From contig JAJDUU010000017.1 of assembly GCA_022826485.1 (NCBI GenBank), forward strand, positions 1,722-65,721: a stretch of 64,000 nt of DNA, read 5' to 3'. A program made the translations under genes and the position numbers. Shown in pieces: positions 32,701-41,177 of the stretch (positions are counted from its first letter, which is position 1; each line of letters opens with the position of its first letter). The DNA comes from Chloroflexota bacterium. Lineage in GTDB: Bacteria; Chloroflexota; UBA11872. Below the pieces are notes generated by a model. That model searched no databases, was not told the DNA's origin, and saw only the letters and a program-made list of their open reading frames with translations.

Positions 32701-32905
32701 GGCGGGCTGGACTCGCACGCGGATCACGGACCGTTCGAGCTGAGGGGGCGAGGAGCAACGCACAGCCATCGACCGCGTCATCACAAGTCGACCGGCCCTG
32801 TTGCTCGCCGACCAAACCGTGGTCATGCGCCACGGTCATTTTGCCGAAGCCAAGGGACCTGGATTTCGACCTGCCGGACCTGGTTTAGCACGTGGATATC
32901 GCAGA
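32701..32905 (+). pseudogene. Decayed, internally deleted copy of the 3' part of the upstream ABC ATPase gene (31811-32150)
   Basis: 32701-32811 aligns to 31811-31925 (GGACCGTTCGAGCTGAG core). 32812-32905 aligns to 32053-32150 (GTCATGCGC..GG.CAT.TTGCCGAAGCC..GG...TTCGACCTGCCGGACCTGGT). About 127 nt are missing between the two blocks, and frameshifts and stops are present. Confidence 0.7.
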
Positions 32906-33060
32906 CCCGGCGCCCGATCGCTAGCCCGCCCTCGCGGCAGGGCGGTCGAAGAGGCCGCGCGGCGGTTAAGATACAGTGCACAAACCGGTGCACTGGGGAA
33001 GCGCCTGAGCTAAGTGTCGCCGGTTATTGGGTGCTCGAATAGACGAGGAAGCAACGAGTA

Positions 33061-33408
33061 GTGTTCGACAATACTGGATCTGAGCTTACAGCTACCGGAA
33101 TTCTGTTGGCAGCGGTGGTCATTATAGTTGGGTCTTTTCTTTACTTTTCCCCATCCATTGTTGCTCACCTCAAAGAACATGAACGTGGGGCGACTGTTTT
33201 CTTTGTAAATCTCATTGTTGGGTGGACTGTCATTGGCTGGATTCTCGTCTGGATATGGGTGCTCACGACGCTGCCGAAGACAACCGAATCCGGGAGACGG
33301 AATCTCCAGCCAACGGTGCGGAACCTGCCCGGCTCGTCACCTCCGACCACGAGCGATACCGCCCGCGGTGCGAATCGTGAGGGAACCGAGCCCAAGCGGA
33401 AAACGTGA
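33061..33408 (+). CDS. Superinfection-immunity (Imm)-like two-TM membrane protein, paralog 2
   Basis: YFSPSIVAHLKEHERGATVFFVNLIVGWTVIGWILVWIWVL. Its basic tail (GRRNLQPTVRNL...ANREGTEPK) is homologous to the tail of paralog 1. Confidence 0.62.
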   Translation: MFDNTGSELTATGILLAAVVIIVGSFLYFSPSIVAHLKEHERGATVFFVNLIVGWTVIGWILVWIWVLTTLPKTTESGRRNLQPTVRNLPGSSPPTTSDTARGANREGTEPKRKT

Positions 33409-33460
33409 TCCCGGCAGCCCCAGATTGGACGGCCGGTGCGCGCGCGGGAGGAGATAGATC

Positions 33461-35134
33461 ATGCAACCAGCCCTGATCGAGCTACCGGCGGGCGTCGAGC
33501 GGCCGATGGTGGTCCGTCGCCGTAACGGTCGCCTTGACGGATTCTTTCTCAAGGACACGGACATCCCGACGCCGCGCCTCGCGCGGATCGCCTCGCACGA
33601 CGACGGGCGCTCCTGGTCGGAGGCGCCCGACGTTTTGACGCTGCCCGAAACCGGCGGGCTGTGGGGCGGCCTGGAAGTGCTGGCCGACGCCGACGACGAG
33701 GTTCATTGCTTCTTCATGCACGACCGGGGCTCCGGCGTCTTCGGCGCGCCGCTGGCGGGCGAAGGCGTGGCCCACGAGGGCCCCTACCACGGCAAGTTCC
33801 TGGACATCTGGCACCTCGGATCCCGCGACGGCGGCGCGGCGTGGACCGAGCCGAAGCGAATCTGGGAGGGCTTCACCGGCGCGCTCAACAGCGTGATCCA
33901 GCTGCGCGGCGGCCGCATCGTGCTGCCCTTTGCCTGGGCCACGGGCCAAACCTGGGCGCACCGGGTCGACAAGGGTCTGGACGCCTTCAGCTTCGCGGGC
34001 GCCTTCTATTCGACGGTGGTCTACTCGGACGACGCGGGCGCAACCTGGCGCCAGGGCACGCGCGACATCAAGTCCTGGGCGCCGATTCCGGCCTACGGCG
34101 CCGACGAGCCAGTGATCATCCAGAAGCTCGATGGGCGCGTGTGGATGCTGCTGCGCACGCAGACGGGACGGCTCTACGAGTCGTTCTCACACAACGGCGC
34201 GGAGTGGTCCGTCGCCCGTCCGACGCCGCTCGTCTCGTCCGACTCACCCGTGGGCCTGGTGCGCCTGAGCGACGATCGCCTAGTGCTGATCTGGAACTGC
34301 TGCCAGCGGTTTCCCTACGCCTATGGCGGACGCCACGTGCTGCACGCGGCAATCTCGGAAGACGACGGCCTGACCTGGCGCGGACGCCGCGAGGTGCTGC
34401 GCGATCCGCGCCGCCACGATCCGCCGCCCACCAAGGGCGACTTCGGCACCGCCTATCCGTTCCCGGTGGTGACACGCGACGACCGCGTCATCATCGTCTC
34501 GGGCCAGGGCGAGGGCCGCGTCCTGATGGTCCGGCTGGACCCGGCGTGGCTGTACGAAACGCAGCAGGCGAGCGACCTCGCCGACGGGCACGAGGACTGG
34601 TCGATCTTCGGCACCGCCGGCGTCGAACGGCAGCCGCATCCGGACCGCGCCGGCGCCTATGCGCTGCGCCTCACCAAGCAGGCGCCCGGCCGCACGTCGG
34701 GCGCGGTGTGGAACTTCCCCGCCGGACGGCGGGGGCGCGTGCAAGTCCGACTGCGCCTGGAGCCGGGCGCCGGTCGGTTTCGGCTGAGCCTGACGGACCA
34801 CTTCTCGACCCCGTTCGATCCCCAGGACCAGTTCCACAACACCTTCAACGTTTCGGTGGCGCCGGGCGGCAAGATTGCGGATGAACCGGCGCTCGAGGCC
34901 GGGCGCTGGCACACGGTTGAGCTGGCCTGGGACACGCAGGGGGACCGCGCGTGTCGCGTGTCAGTGGACGGGCGGCAGGTGACGACGTCGCCCCAGCTGC
35001 ACGAGACGCGTGGGGTGAACTACCTGCGCGTCGCCGTCCTGTCAGAGCTTCACGACAACGCCGGCCTATGGATCGAGTCGGCGGCTGCCGAGGTGGAGCC
35101 CCTGTCCGCGAGAACGACCGCTCGGCGCCTCTGA
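33461..35134 (+). CDS. BNR/Asp-box sialidase-like propeller (paralog 2) with a C-terminal lectin/ConA-like domain
   Basis: Asp-boxes SHDDGRSW, SRDGGAAW, SDDAGATW and SEDDGLTW, plus roughly 180 aa of extra C-terminal beta-rich domain. No signal peptide. Confidence 0.7.
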   Translation: MQPALIELPAGVERPMVVRRRNGRLDGFFLKDTDIPTPRLARIASHDDGRSWSEAPDVLTLPETGGLWGGLEVLADADDEVHCFFMHDRGSGVFGAPLAGEGVAHEGPYHGKFLDIWHLGSRDGGAAWTEPKRIWEGFTGALNSVIQLRGGRIVLPFAWATGQTWAHRVDKGLDAFSFAGAFYSTVVYSDDAGATWRQGTRDIKSWAPIPAYGADEPVIIQKLDGRVWMLLRTQTGRLYESFSHNGAEWSVARPTPLVSSDSPVGLVRLSDDRLVLIWNCCQRFPYAYGGRHVLHAAISEDDGLTWRGRREVLRDPRRHDPPPTKGDFGTAYPFPVVTRDDRVIIVSGQGEGRVLMVRLDPAWLYETQQASDLADGHEDWSIFGTAGVERQPHPDRAGAYALRLTKQAPGRTSGAVWNFPAGRRGRVQVRLRLEPGAGRFRLSLTDHFSTPFDPQDQFHNTFNVSVAPGGKIADEPALEAGRWHTVELAWDTQGDRACRVSVDGRQVTTSPQLHETRGVNYLRVAVLSELHDNAGLWIESAAAEVEPLSARTTARRL

Positions 35135-35237
35135 TCAGGTTCACGTCGTAGCGCCCGTAGCCGCGATGGATGTGTTGGCGAGGATGTCAGCATGAGTGCT
35201 TTAGCGGGAGTCGCACTTGTGAGGTCCTATGCAATCT

Positions 35238-35477
35238 CTACTGATGGTCCCTTCGGTAGTCTTGCAAGCTAAGTGCGAAGCACAGTGCTAGCGGCCCCAC
35301 GAAAAGACCGCAGATGAACCATGCAAGCCAACCATGTCCACGGAGAACGGCGGACCATGCCGTCCCGACGGCAAAGGACAACCAGGCCAAGCCGACTGCC
35401 AAGGCGACAATGATCTGCTGATCGCGAGTTATGCCAAGTACTGCAATGTTCTCTAATAGACCCGCAAATATGTCCAT
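35238..35477 (-). CDS. Small hypothetical membrane protein (79 aa)
   Basis: Three hydrophobic segments in a low-GC patch. No homolog recognised. Confidence 0.3.
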   Translation of the reverse strand: MDIFAGLLENIAVLGITRDQQIIVALAVGLAWLSFAVGTAWSAVLRGHGWLAWFICGLFVGPLALCFALSLQDYRRDHQ

Positions 35478-35688
35478 CAGCGTCTCACTCCCAGGTAGTG
35501 GCGATTCGCATGGAATATCGCCAACTCGTGCTTGTGCCTACGCTATCAGGCAAGCACAGCGCCTAACCATTTCGCGGCACCAGCACGGCTGCTCGTTCCC
35601 GTCGCATTTGAATGAGGATGCCAATGGGTACGGCCGCCGCCCCGACCGTCGACCACGTCACCTAAATCGATGCCCCGATAGAGCGCAG

Positions 35689-35919
35689 CTACGGCCACTC
35701 ATCCAGTGATCGATTGACATCCTCGCTGGTAAAGGGTTCGGCGTCGGCAGCCACGGCGAACACCGTTGGGTCCCGATCAACACGCTCGGTCGATGCGCCC
35801 CGGAAGATGCGTCGCGCCAATTTGGACACAGCGCTGCCAAGGCTGCTTCTCTTTCGCTCGGCCAGCGCCAGGGCAGTTGCGAGGAATTCGGCGATCGCAT
35901 CGGCTATTCGCATAGGCAC
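35689..35919 (-). CDS. Small hypothetical protein (76 aa)
   Basis: ORF only, in the low-GC patch. No motif. Confidence 0.2.
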   Translation of the reverse strand: MPMRIADAIAEFLATALALAERKRSSLGSAVSKLARRIFRGASTERVDRDPTVFAVAADAEPFTSEDVNRSLDEWP

Positions 35920-35928
35920 ATCATCGCA

Positions 35929-37161
35929 TCACGCCGACAAGTCGTTTGGCGTCCGCCGCTTCCACGGCAGGTCGCCGACCACCCGCCAGCCGATGATGCC
36001 CGCCAGGCCGATCAGGACGGCCATGGCGATGCCGACCAACTCGTAGCCGTGCACGTCGAGCAGGAAGCCCACCGCCGGCGCCACACCGAGTTGAACGACG
36101 GCGCCCGCCGTCAGCAGCACGCCCAGCGATCGGCCCACATAGGCCTTCGGCACCCGGTCGCCGATGAGCACCGACGGCAACACGGCCCCCAGACCGGTGA
36201 CCGCCGACAACATGCCGGCGAAGATGAAGACCACCAGTCCGACCGGCAGCGTGAACAGCAGCCCCGCTCCCAATGCTCCGAGCACCATCGCGTAGAAGGC
36301 GATGCCGCGACCGGCGCGGTCCATGAGGTTGCCGCTGAGGAACGTGAGCACGGCGCGGGCGGCGCTCATGGCCGAGATGGCCAACCCCACCACGGCAGGC
36401 TCGAAGGCAAGCCCCTCGCCGGCGTAGAGCGGCAGGACCACGCGGCTCTGCCCGATCACTGGACCGGTGAGCAGCATGGCCAGCGCGATGATCGGCCAGA
36501 CCACGCGCGGCAGGCGCATCTCGCTCAGCCCGAATGCCCGGTCCCGAACCCGCGGTCGTGGCGGCGCTTCACCGCGAATGACCAGCAGCACGACAGCGGC
36601 CGCGCAAAGGCTCAGCACGGCCGGCGCGACCAGCGCCGCGCGCCAGCCCAGAATGCCGGCGATCACGCCCGCCAGCGCCGGACCGATGAACGCACCGACC
36701 TGGACGCCGGACATGACGCGCGAGGTGACGCGTCCGCGCTGCTCCGCGTCGGCCTGCGCCACGGTGTAGGCGATGCTGCTGGTGACGATGAACGTCGCGC
36801 CCACCGTACCCACCAGGCTGCCTACCAGAAGGACGAGGTAGCTCGGAGCCAGCGCCATGAGCAGCGTGCCGGCGGAGAGTCCCAGGCCGCCGGATGCAAT
36901 CGGCACGCGGGCGGGCAGGCGGTCGGCGACCATGCCGGCCGGAATGTTGGTGAGCATGCCCGCCAGCGCTTGGGCGGAGAAGATCAACCCCAACTCCGCA
37001 TACGTGAGCCCAAACTCTCCGCGGATCACGACGAGCAGCGGCCCCGGAGCGGTGGACACGACGGCCGTCACCGCCAGGACGGCGAATACCGTGACGAAGT
37101 CGGCGCGTGGGCGTGCCATGAGCGCGCGGTTGCGAGGCCGGGAAGGATGCGGCTGAACCAT
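35929..37161 (-). CDS. MFS transporter (12-TMS type)
   Basis: Many TM helices and a motif-A-like MVADRLPARVP. The 5' end of the annotated ORF runs into a family B repeat, so the start is placed at the ATG at 37159-37161. An alternative ATG lies at 37117-37119. Confidence 0.72.
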   Translation of the reverse strand: MVQPHPSRPRNRALMARPRADFVTVFAVLAVTAVVSTAPGPLLVVIRGEFGLTYAELGLIFSAQALAGMLTNIPAGMVADRLPARVPIASGGLGLSAGTLLMALAPSYLVLLVGSLVGTVGATFIVTSSIAYTVAQADAEQRGRVTSRVMSGVQVGAFIGPALAGVIAGILGWRAALVAPAVLSLCAAAVVLLVIRGEAPPRPRVRDRAFGLSEMRLPRVVWPIIALAMLLTGPVIGQSRVVLPLYAGEGLAFEPAVVGLAISAMSAARAVLTFLSGNLMDRAGRGIAFYAMVLGALGAGLLFTLPVGLVVFIFAGMLSAVTGLGAVLPSVLIGDRVPKAYVGRSLGVLLTAGAVVQLGVAPAVGFLLDVHGYELVGIAMAVLIGLAGIIGWRVVGDLPWKRRTPNDLSA

Positions 37162-37185
37162 GCTACGCCCGCGGGAGCGCCTTGG

Positions 37186-37224
37186 GCTGGGCGAGGGCAG
37201 GTTTGAAACCTGCCCTCCGGCGCC
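37186..37224. repeat. REP-like hairpin, family B variant
   Basis: GGGCGAGGGCAGGTTTGAAACCTGCCCTCCGGCGCC. The stem GGGCAGG / CCTGCCC flanks TTTGAAA. Confidence 0.7.
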
Positions 37225-37402
37225 ACTGGGCAAATCGCGACGCCCGGCCGCCTGGCAGGCGCCGTGGCAACCGCGCCGATGTGTTGTACAAAGGGCGCAT
37301 CTTGGGGCTCTGCCCCGGCACCACGGGCAGCATCCCCACCGATGGCGAGCACCAGATCACGTTGGCGTTGTCACCGGCTGCACCTGAATTACGCGACAAC
37401 GC

Positions 37403-38473
37403 GTGGCGCCTGACGCGCCCGCCCCGGTAGGCGCGACGACTGCGGGCCGCACGCGATCGATGCTGCCGCCGTCGCCGGACTACGCGGCGCTCAAGGGCCT
37501 CATCAAGGACGCGGGACTGCTCGAGTCCCAGCCGCGCTACTTCGCCTTCAAGTTCGTGAGCACGGCCTTGCTATTCGCCATCAACATCGCCGTCGTGCTT
37601 GCGTTCGATCACCCGGCCGTCGTCCTCGCCGCGGCCGTCCTGCTCGGATTTGTCTTCACGCACGTGGGATTCCTCGGCCACGATCTGGCCCATCGGCAGA
37701 TCTCCCACAATTCGCGCCTGGTCTCGTCGCTTGGACTCATCGTCGGCAACCTGCTCATCGGCGTGAGCTATTCGTGGTGGACGGCAAAGCACAACCAGCA
37801 CCACGCGACGCCGAACCACAGCGAGCAGGACCCGGACCTGGACTATCCGATGCTGGTTTTCGAGTCAGCGAGCATCCGGCACCGCAAGCGCTTCTTCTAT
37901 CCCGTCATTGCCTATCAGGCCGTTCTCTATCTGTTCCTGGGCGCGTTTCAGGCGTTTGGGATGCGGGCGCAGGCCGTGGCGCAGGTGCTGAGCGGCAGGT
38001 CGCCGCGACGAAGGGCGGAAGGGCTTGCGTTGGTCCTGCACGCACTGCTCTACGCGGTTTTGCTGGTTCAGATCGGCCATTGGGGATTGGGCCTGGCGTT
38101 CCTCTTCATGCATCAGATGACGTTCGGGCTCTACAACACGCTAGTCTTTGCCCCCAACCACAAGGGCATGCCGATGATCGACGAGTCCAACCGCATGGAC
38201 TATCTGCGGGAGCAGGTGCTCACGGCCCGCAACGTGACGGCGCACCCGGTAATCGACTTCCTCTACGGCGGACTGAACTATCAGATCGAGCACCATCTGT
38301 TTCCGGCCATGGCGCGCAACAGGTTGAGCGCGGCGCAGCCGATCGTGGCGGCCTTCTGCGCCGAGCGCGGGGTCGACTACGCGGTGACCGGACCGCTCCA
38401 AGGAATCCTGGAGCCGCTGCGGCATCTGCACGCCGTATCCGCGCCCCTGCGACGCGGCGCGCGAGCCGACTAG
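37403..38473 (+). CDS. Membrane fatty-acid desaturase family protein (three His boxes)
   Basis: HDLAHRQ, HNQHHATPN and QIEHHLFP histidine boxes in canonical order. The start is probably the ATG at 37460. Confidence 0.85.
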   Translation: MAPDAPAPVGATTAGRTRSMLPPSPDYAALKGLIKDAGLLESQPRYFAFKFVSTALLFAINIAVVLAFDHPAVVLAAAVLLGFVFTHVGFLGHDLAHRQISHNSRLVSSLGLIVGNLLIGVSYSWWTAKHNQHHATPNHSEQDPDLDYPMLVFESASIRHRKRFFYPVIAYQAVLYLFLGAFQAFGMRAQAVAQVLSGRSPRRRAEGLALVLHALLYAVLLVQIGHWGLGLAFLFMHQMTFGLYNTLVFAPNHKGMPMIDESNRMDYLREQVLTARNVTAHPVIDFLYGGLNYQIEHHLFPAMARNRLSAAQPIVAAFCAERGVDYAVTGPLQGILEPLRHLHAVSAPLRRGARAD

Positions 38474-38491
38474 GCGCCGGGCGACCCGGCC

Positions 38492-40111
38492 CTAGGCCAG
38501 CAGGTCCCGCAGCCGCTGGGAGAGGTCGGCCTTGGCCTCCGGCTGCGGTTCCATGAGCCGCGCGTCACGCAGGCTGCCGGCGACCGGCTGACTGTCCGTC
38601 ACCAGGTGCGGATCGCCGCCCTCCTCGTTGATCAGCTCGATGAGGAGTCGCTCGACAAGCTCGGCCCGGACGGCCGCGTGCGCCGGATCGTCCCAGAGGT
38701 TGTTCAGGTCCTCGGGGTCGTCCTTGACGTTGTAGAGCTCGCCGTACTCGGTGGTGCCGTAGTGCAGGAGCTTCCAGTCTTCGGTGACGAGCATCTTGAC
38801 CCGGTGCGTGATGGGAGCCGGATGCGCCTTGCCCGCGCCGACAAGCTCAGGTATCCCGCTGCCGAAGATGGCGATGCGCTCGACGATGACCGCGTCGCGA
38901 TGCGTCTCCGTTTCGCCGCGCAGCAGCGGGGCGAAGCTGCGGCCCTCCTGGCCGACCAGCGGATCCGCGCCCGCGAGGTCGAGCCAGGTTGGCACGAGGT
39001 CGAGCTGCGTCATCACGCCGGCGTGCACGCGGCCCGCCTCGACCGAACGCGGGTGACGCCACAGCAGCGGCACCCGGTTGACGCACTCGTAGGACATCAT
39101 CGGCTTGGCGGCGATGCCGTGATCGTTGAGGCCCTCGCCGTGGTCCGAGCTGAAGATCACGTGCGTGTTCTCGGCCAGACCCAGCCGATCCAACTCGGCC
39201 AGCACGCGGGCGATGCCGTCGTCGATGAAGGTCGTCATGCCGTAGTAGTGGGCCACGATTTCGCCGTGATGGTCGCCGTCCCAGCCGCTGGTGGTGTCGT
39301 AGCCCTGGTAGGGCAGGCCGTCGCGCGCGTACTGGTACTGCGGCGGCTTGTTGCTCACGTCCTCGCGCGGCACGGCCGGCGGCATGTCCGCCGGGTCGTA
39401 CATGTCGCAGTAGGGACGCGGCGGCGTGAAGGGCTGGTGCGGGTCGTAGAACGACATCCAAAGGAAGAAGGGCCGCTCGTTTCCGTGATCTTGCAGCCAA
39501 TCGACGGTGCGGTCGGCGGTGCGGTGGGTGTAGTGCCACTCGGCGGGAATTGCGTTCTTCCAGCTATGGAAGGCGCCGGTGCGCGGCGCGAGCGCGTTGA
39601 CCGGCTTCCACAGCTCCAGACCCTCGGGGTGATGCCGCTCCAGCCAGACCCGCCAGTGCCCCTTGGGGTAGGTGTGCGCGCCCAGGATTTCGACGTAGTC
39701 GAAGCCGAAATACGGTCCATACCAGAGGCCGTCGTCGGGATCGACCGGCGCGCCGGGCGGCGGATGATCCGGCAGCACGTCCTCGTATTCGCCGCTCTTG
39801 AAGTGCGGCTTGCCGACCAGCGCCGTGGCGTACCCGGCCTGTCGCAGCGAGTCGCCCACGACGGGGATGGCCTCGCTGAGATTGACGTTATTGAAGACGT
39901 GATGCCCGCGCTGGCTGCGGCCGGTGATCATGCTGGCCCGCGCGGGGGCGCAGATGGCGTTGGTGGGATAGGCGCGGTCGAAGCGCATGCCGTCGCGCGC
40001 GAGGCTGTCCATCGCCGGCGTGCGGATGCGCGGGTTGTGAATGCCCAGGGCGTCCCATCGCTGCTGGTCGGTGGTGATGAAGAGGAAGTTGGGTTGGGAG
40101 GTGTTGGGCAT
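38492..40111 (-). CDS. Sulfatase (arylsulfatase family, formylglycine type), no signal peptide
   Basis: FLFITTDQQRWD and the signature CAPARASMITGR (C-x-P-x-R formylglycine motif). 539 aa. Confidence 0.9.
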   Translation of the reverse strand: MPNTSQPNFLFITTDQQRWDALGIHNPRIRTPAMDSLARDGMRFDRAYPTNAICAPARASMITGRSQRGHHVFNNVNLSEAIPVVGDSLRQAGYATALVGKPHFKSGEYEDVLPDHPPPGAPVDPDDGLWYGPYFGFDYVEILGAHTYPKGHWRVWLERHHPEGLELWKPVNALAPRTGAFHSWKNAIPAEWHYTHRTADRTVDWLQDHGNERPFFLWMSFYDPHQPFTPPRPYCDMYDPADMPPAVPREDVSNKPPQYQYARDGLPYQGYDTTSGWDGDHHGEIVAHYYGMTTFIDDGIARVLAELDRLGLAENTHVIFSSDHGEGLNDHGIAAKPMMSYECVNRVPLLWRHPRSVEAGRVHAGVMTQLDLVPTWLDLAGADPLVGQEGRSFAPLLRGETETHRDAVIVERIAIFGSGIPELVGAGKAHPAPITHRVKMLVTEDWKLLHYGTTEYGELYNVKDDPEDLNNLWDDPAHAAVRAELVERLLIELINEEGGDPHLVTDSQPVAGSLRDARLMEPQPEAKADLSQRLRDLLA

Positions 40112-40268
40112 CTGGGTAAGGGTTGGCTGCGGGATTAGGCGTTTACCCTAACCGCCCTGATCAGCGGCGGCCAACGATGCCGATGGCGTAGGCCGGCGGC
40201 GCGAGTTTCCAATTTGATCGCGCTCCCTGCTGCCGAGCCTTGATTTGACTTTCAAACACCTTAGACAT

Positions 40269-40665
40269 GTCATTCCAAACGAACGTGAGGAATCTAGAAC
40301 GCACGACTCCCGCGCAGCCGTGATCGGGAGTCTTAGATTCCTCGCTGCGCTCGGAATGTCAGAGGTGGGGCGCTCGGAGCTACAGGGTGGGCGGTTCGGT
40401 GGCCCGCGCTTCGTGCAGCGTGGGACCGGCCGCGGATGCGTTTCCCAGGCTGCACGCAGCCTGGGCCACCGGTCCGTCACCCCGGCGAGAAGCCTGCCCC
40501 GTACTCGATACGGGGCCGGGATCCAGATTCGCTCTACGCGCCCGTGACCCGGACTGGATTCCGGCCTCCGCCGGAATGACGGAAGGCGGCAGGCTCTGAG
40601 CTTGTCGCAGGGCGTGGTTCGACAGAGCCTGTCCCGAGCTTGCCGAGGGGCTCACCACGAACGGT
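40269..40665. repeat. Array of REP-like elements that fills most of the sulfatase-rhaM spacer
   Basis: 40269-40365 is a long palindromic element (GTCATTCCAAACGAACGTGAGGAATCTAGA ... TAGATTCCTCGCTGCGCTCGGAATGTC) with an inner hairpin. 40474-40526 is a family A element with a 25-nt family C hairpin inserted in its loop. 40547-40590 is family A. 40590-40665 is family E (GGTTCGACAGAGCCTG.CC.GAGC.TGCCGA.GGGCTCACCACGAACGG). Confidence 0.8.
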
Positions 40666-40687
40666 CTCAATAGGCCCGCAAGCACCC

Positions 40688-41002
40688 TCAGTCCAGGTGC
40701 CAGACCTCGGGCGCGAAGAACATCTGGCCGTCGTCGTCGGTCAGCTGCTCGATGACGTCCTCGAACCACGCGCTCCAGCGGGTGTTGACGTCGTAGGACC
40801 CGATCTTGCCGAAGGCGGTGGCGACGTCGGGCTCGCACTCCGCATAGGCGATGACCTGGAGTCCACGGCGGAACAGCGAGTAGTTGGTGAAGCCAGATTC
40901 TCGGATGGCCTCAACCAGCTCCGGCCAGATTTCGTCGTGACGGCGCTTGTACTCGTCTTCGGTGCCGGGCTTGATCTGAAAGGTGAAGCAGACCCGCTCC
41001 AT
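40688..41002 (-). CDS. rhaM: L-rhamnose mutarotase
   Basis: 104 aa. MERVCFTFQIKPGTEDEYKRRHDEIWPELVEAIRESGFTNYSLF matches the RhaM family. Confidence 0.85.
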   Translation of the reverse strand: MERVCFTFQIKPGTEDEYKRRHDEIWPELVEAIRESGFTNYSLFRRGLQVIAYAECEPDVATAFGKIGSYDVNTRWSAWFEDVIEQLTDDDGQMFFAPEVWHLD

Positions 41003-41092
41003 GGGAAACCTCCGTGCGCTGTGATCGCCTGACGTGCCGTGTCGAGGCTACCGCGCCGCCGATTGGCGCGCCCGATGCCTGAGGACGCAGGG

Positions 41093-41155
41093 CGTGGATT
41101 CCCGCTCCCCACGTGCGCGAGGACATGCTTCGCGGGAATGACGAAGGGGTTGCGC
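41093..41155. repeat. Family A REP-like element with a 22-nt insertion in its loop
   Basis: GGATTCCCGC-[TCCCCACGTGCGCGAGGACATG]-CTTCGCGGGAATGACGAAGG. Confidence 0.7.
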
Positions 41156-41177
41156 CATGTCCCCCGAAACGTGCCGA

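Noticed and set aside
36049-37206. 385-aa plus-strand ORF antisense to the second MFS gene
   Set aside because: Low-complexity Arg/His/Asp/Gln-rich translation, whereas the opposite strand is a polytopic membrane protein.
38606-40138. 510-aa plus-strand ORF antisense to the sulfatase gene
   Set aside because: High-GC artefact. The sulfatase signature is on the minus strand.
40611-40665. GGTTCGA-containing motif (also at 46033) considered as a tRNA T-arm
   Set aside because: No acceptor, D or anticodon stems can be folded around it. It is a repeated intergenic element (family E). I recognised no tRNA in any spacer.
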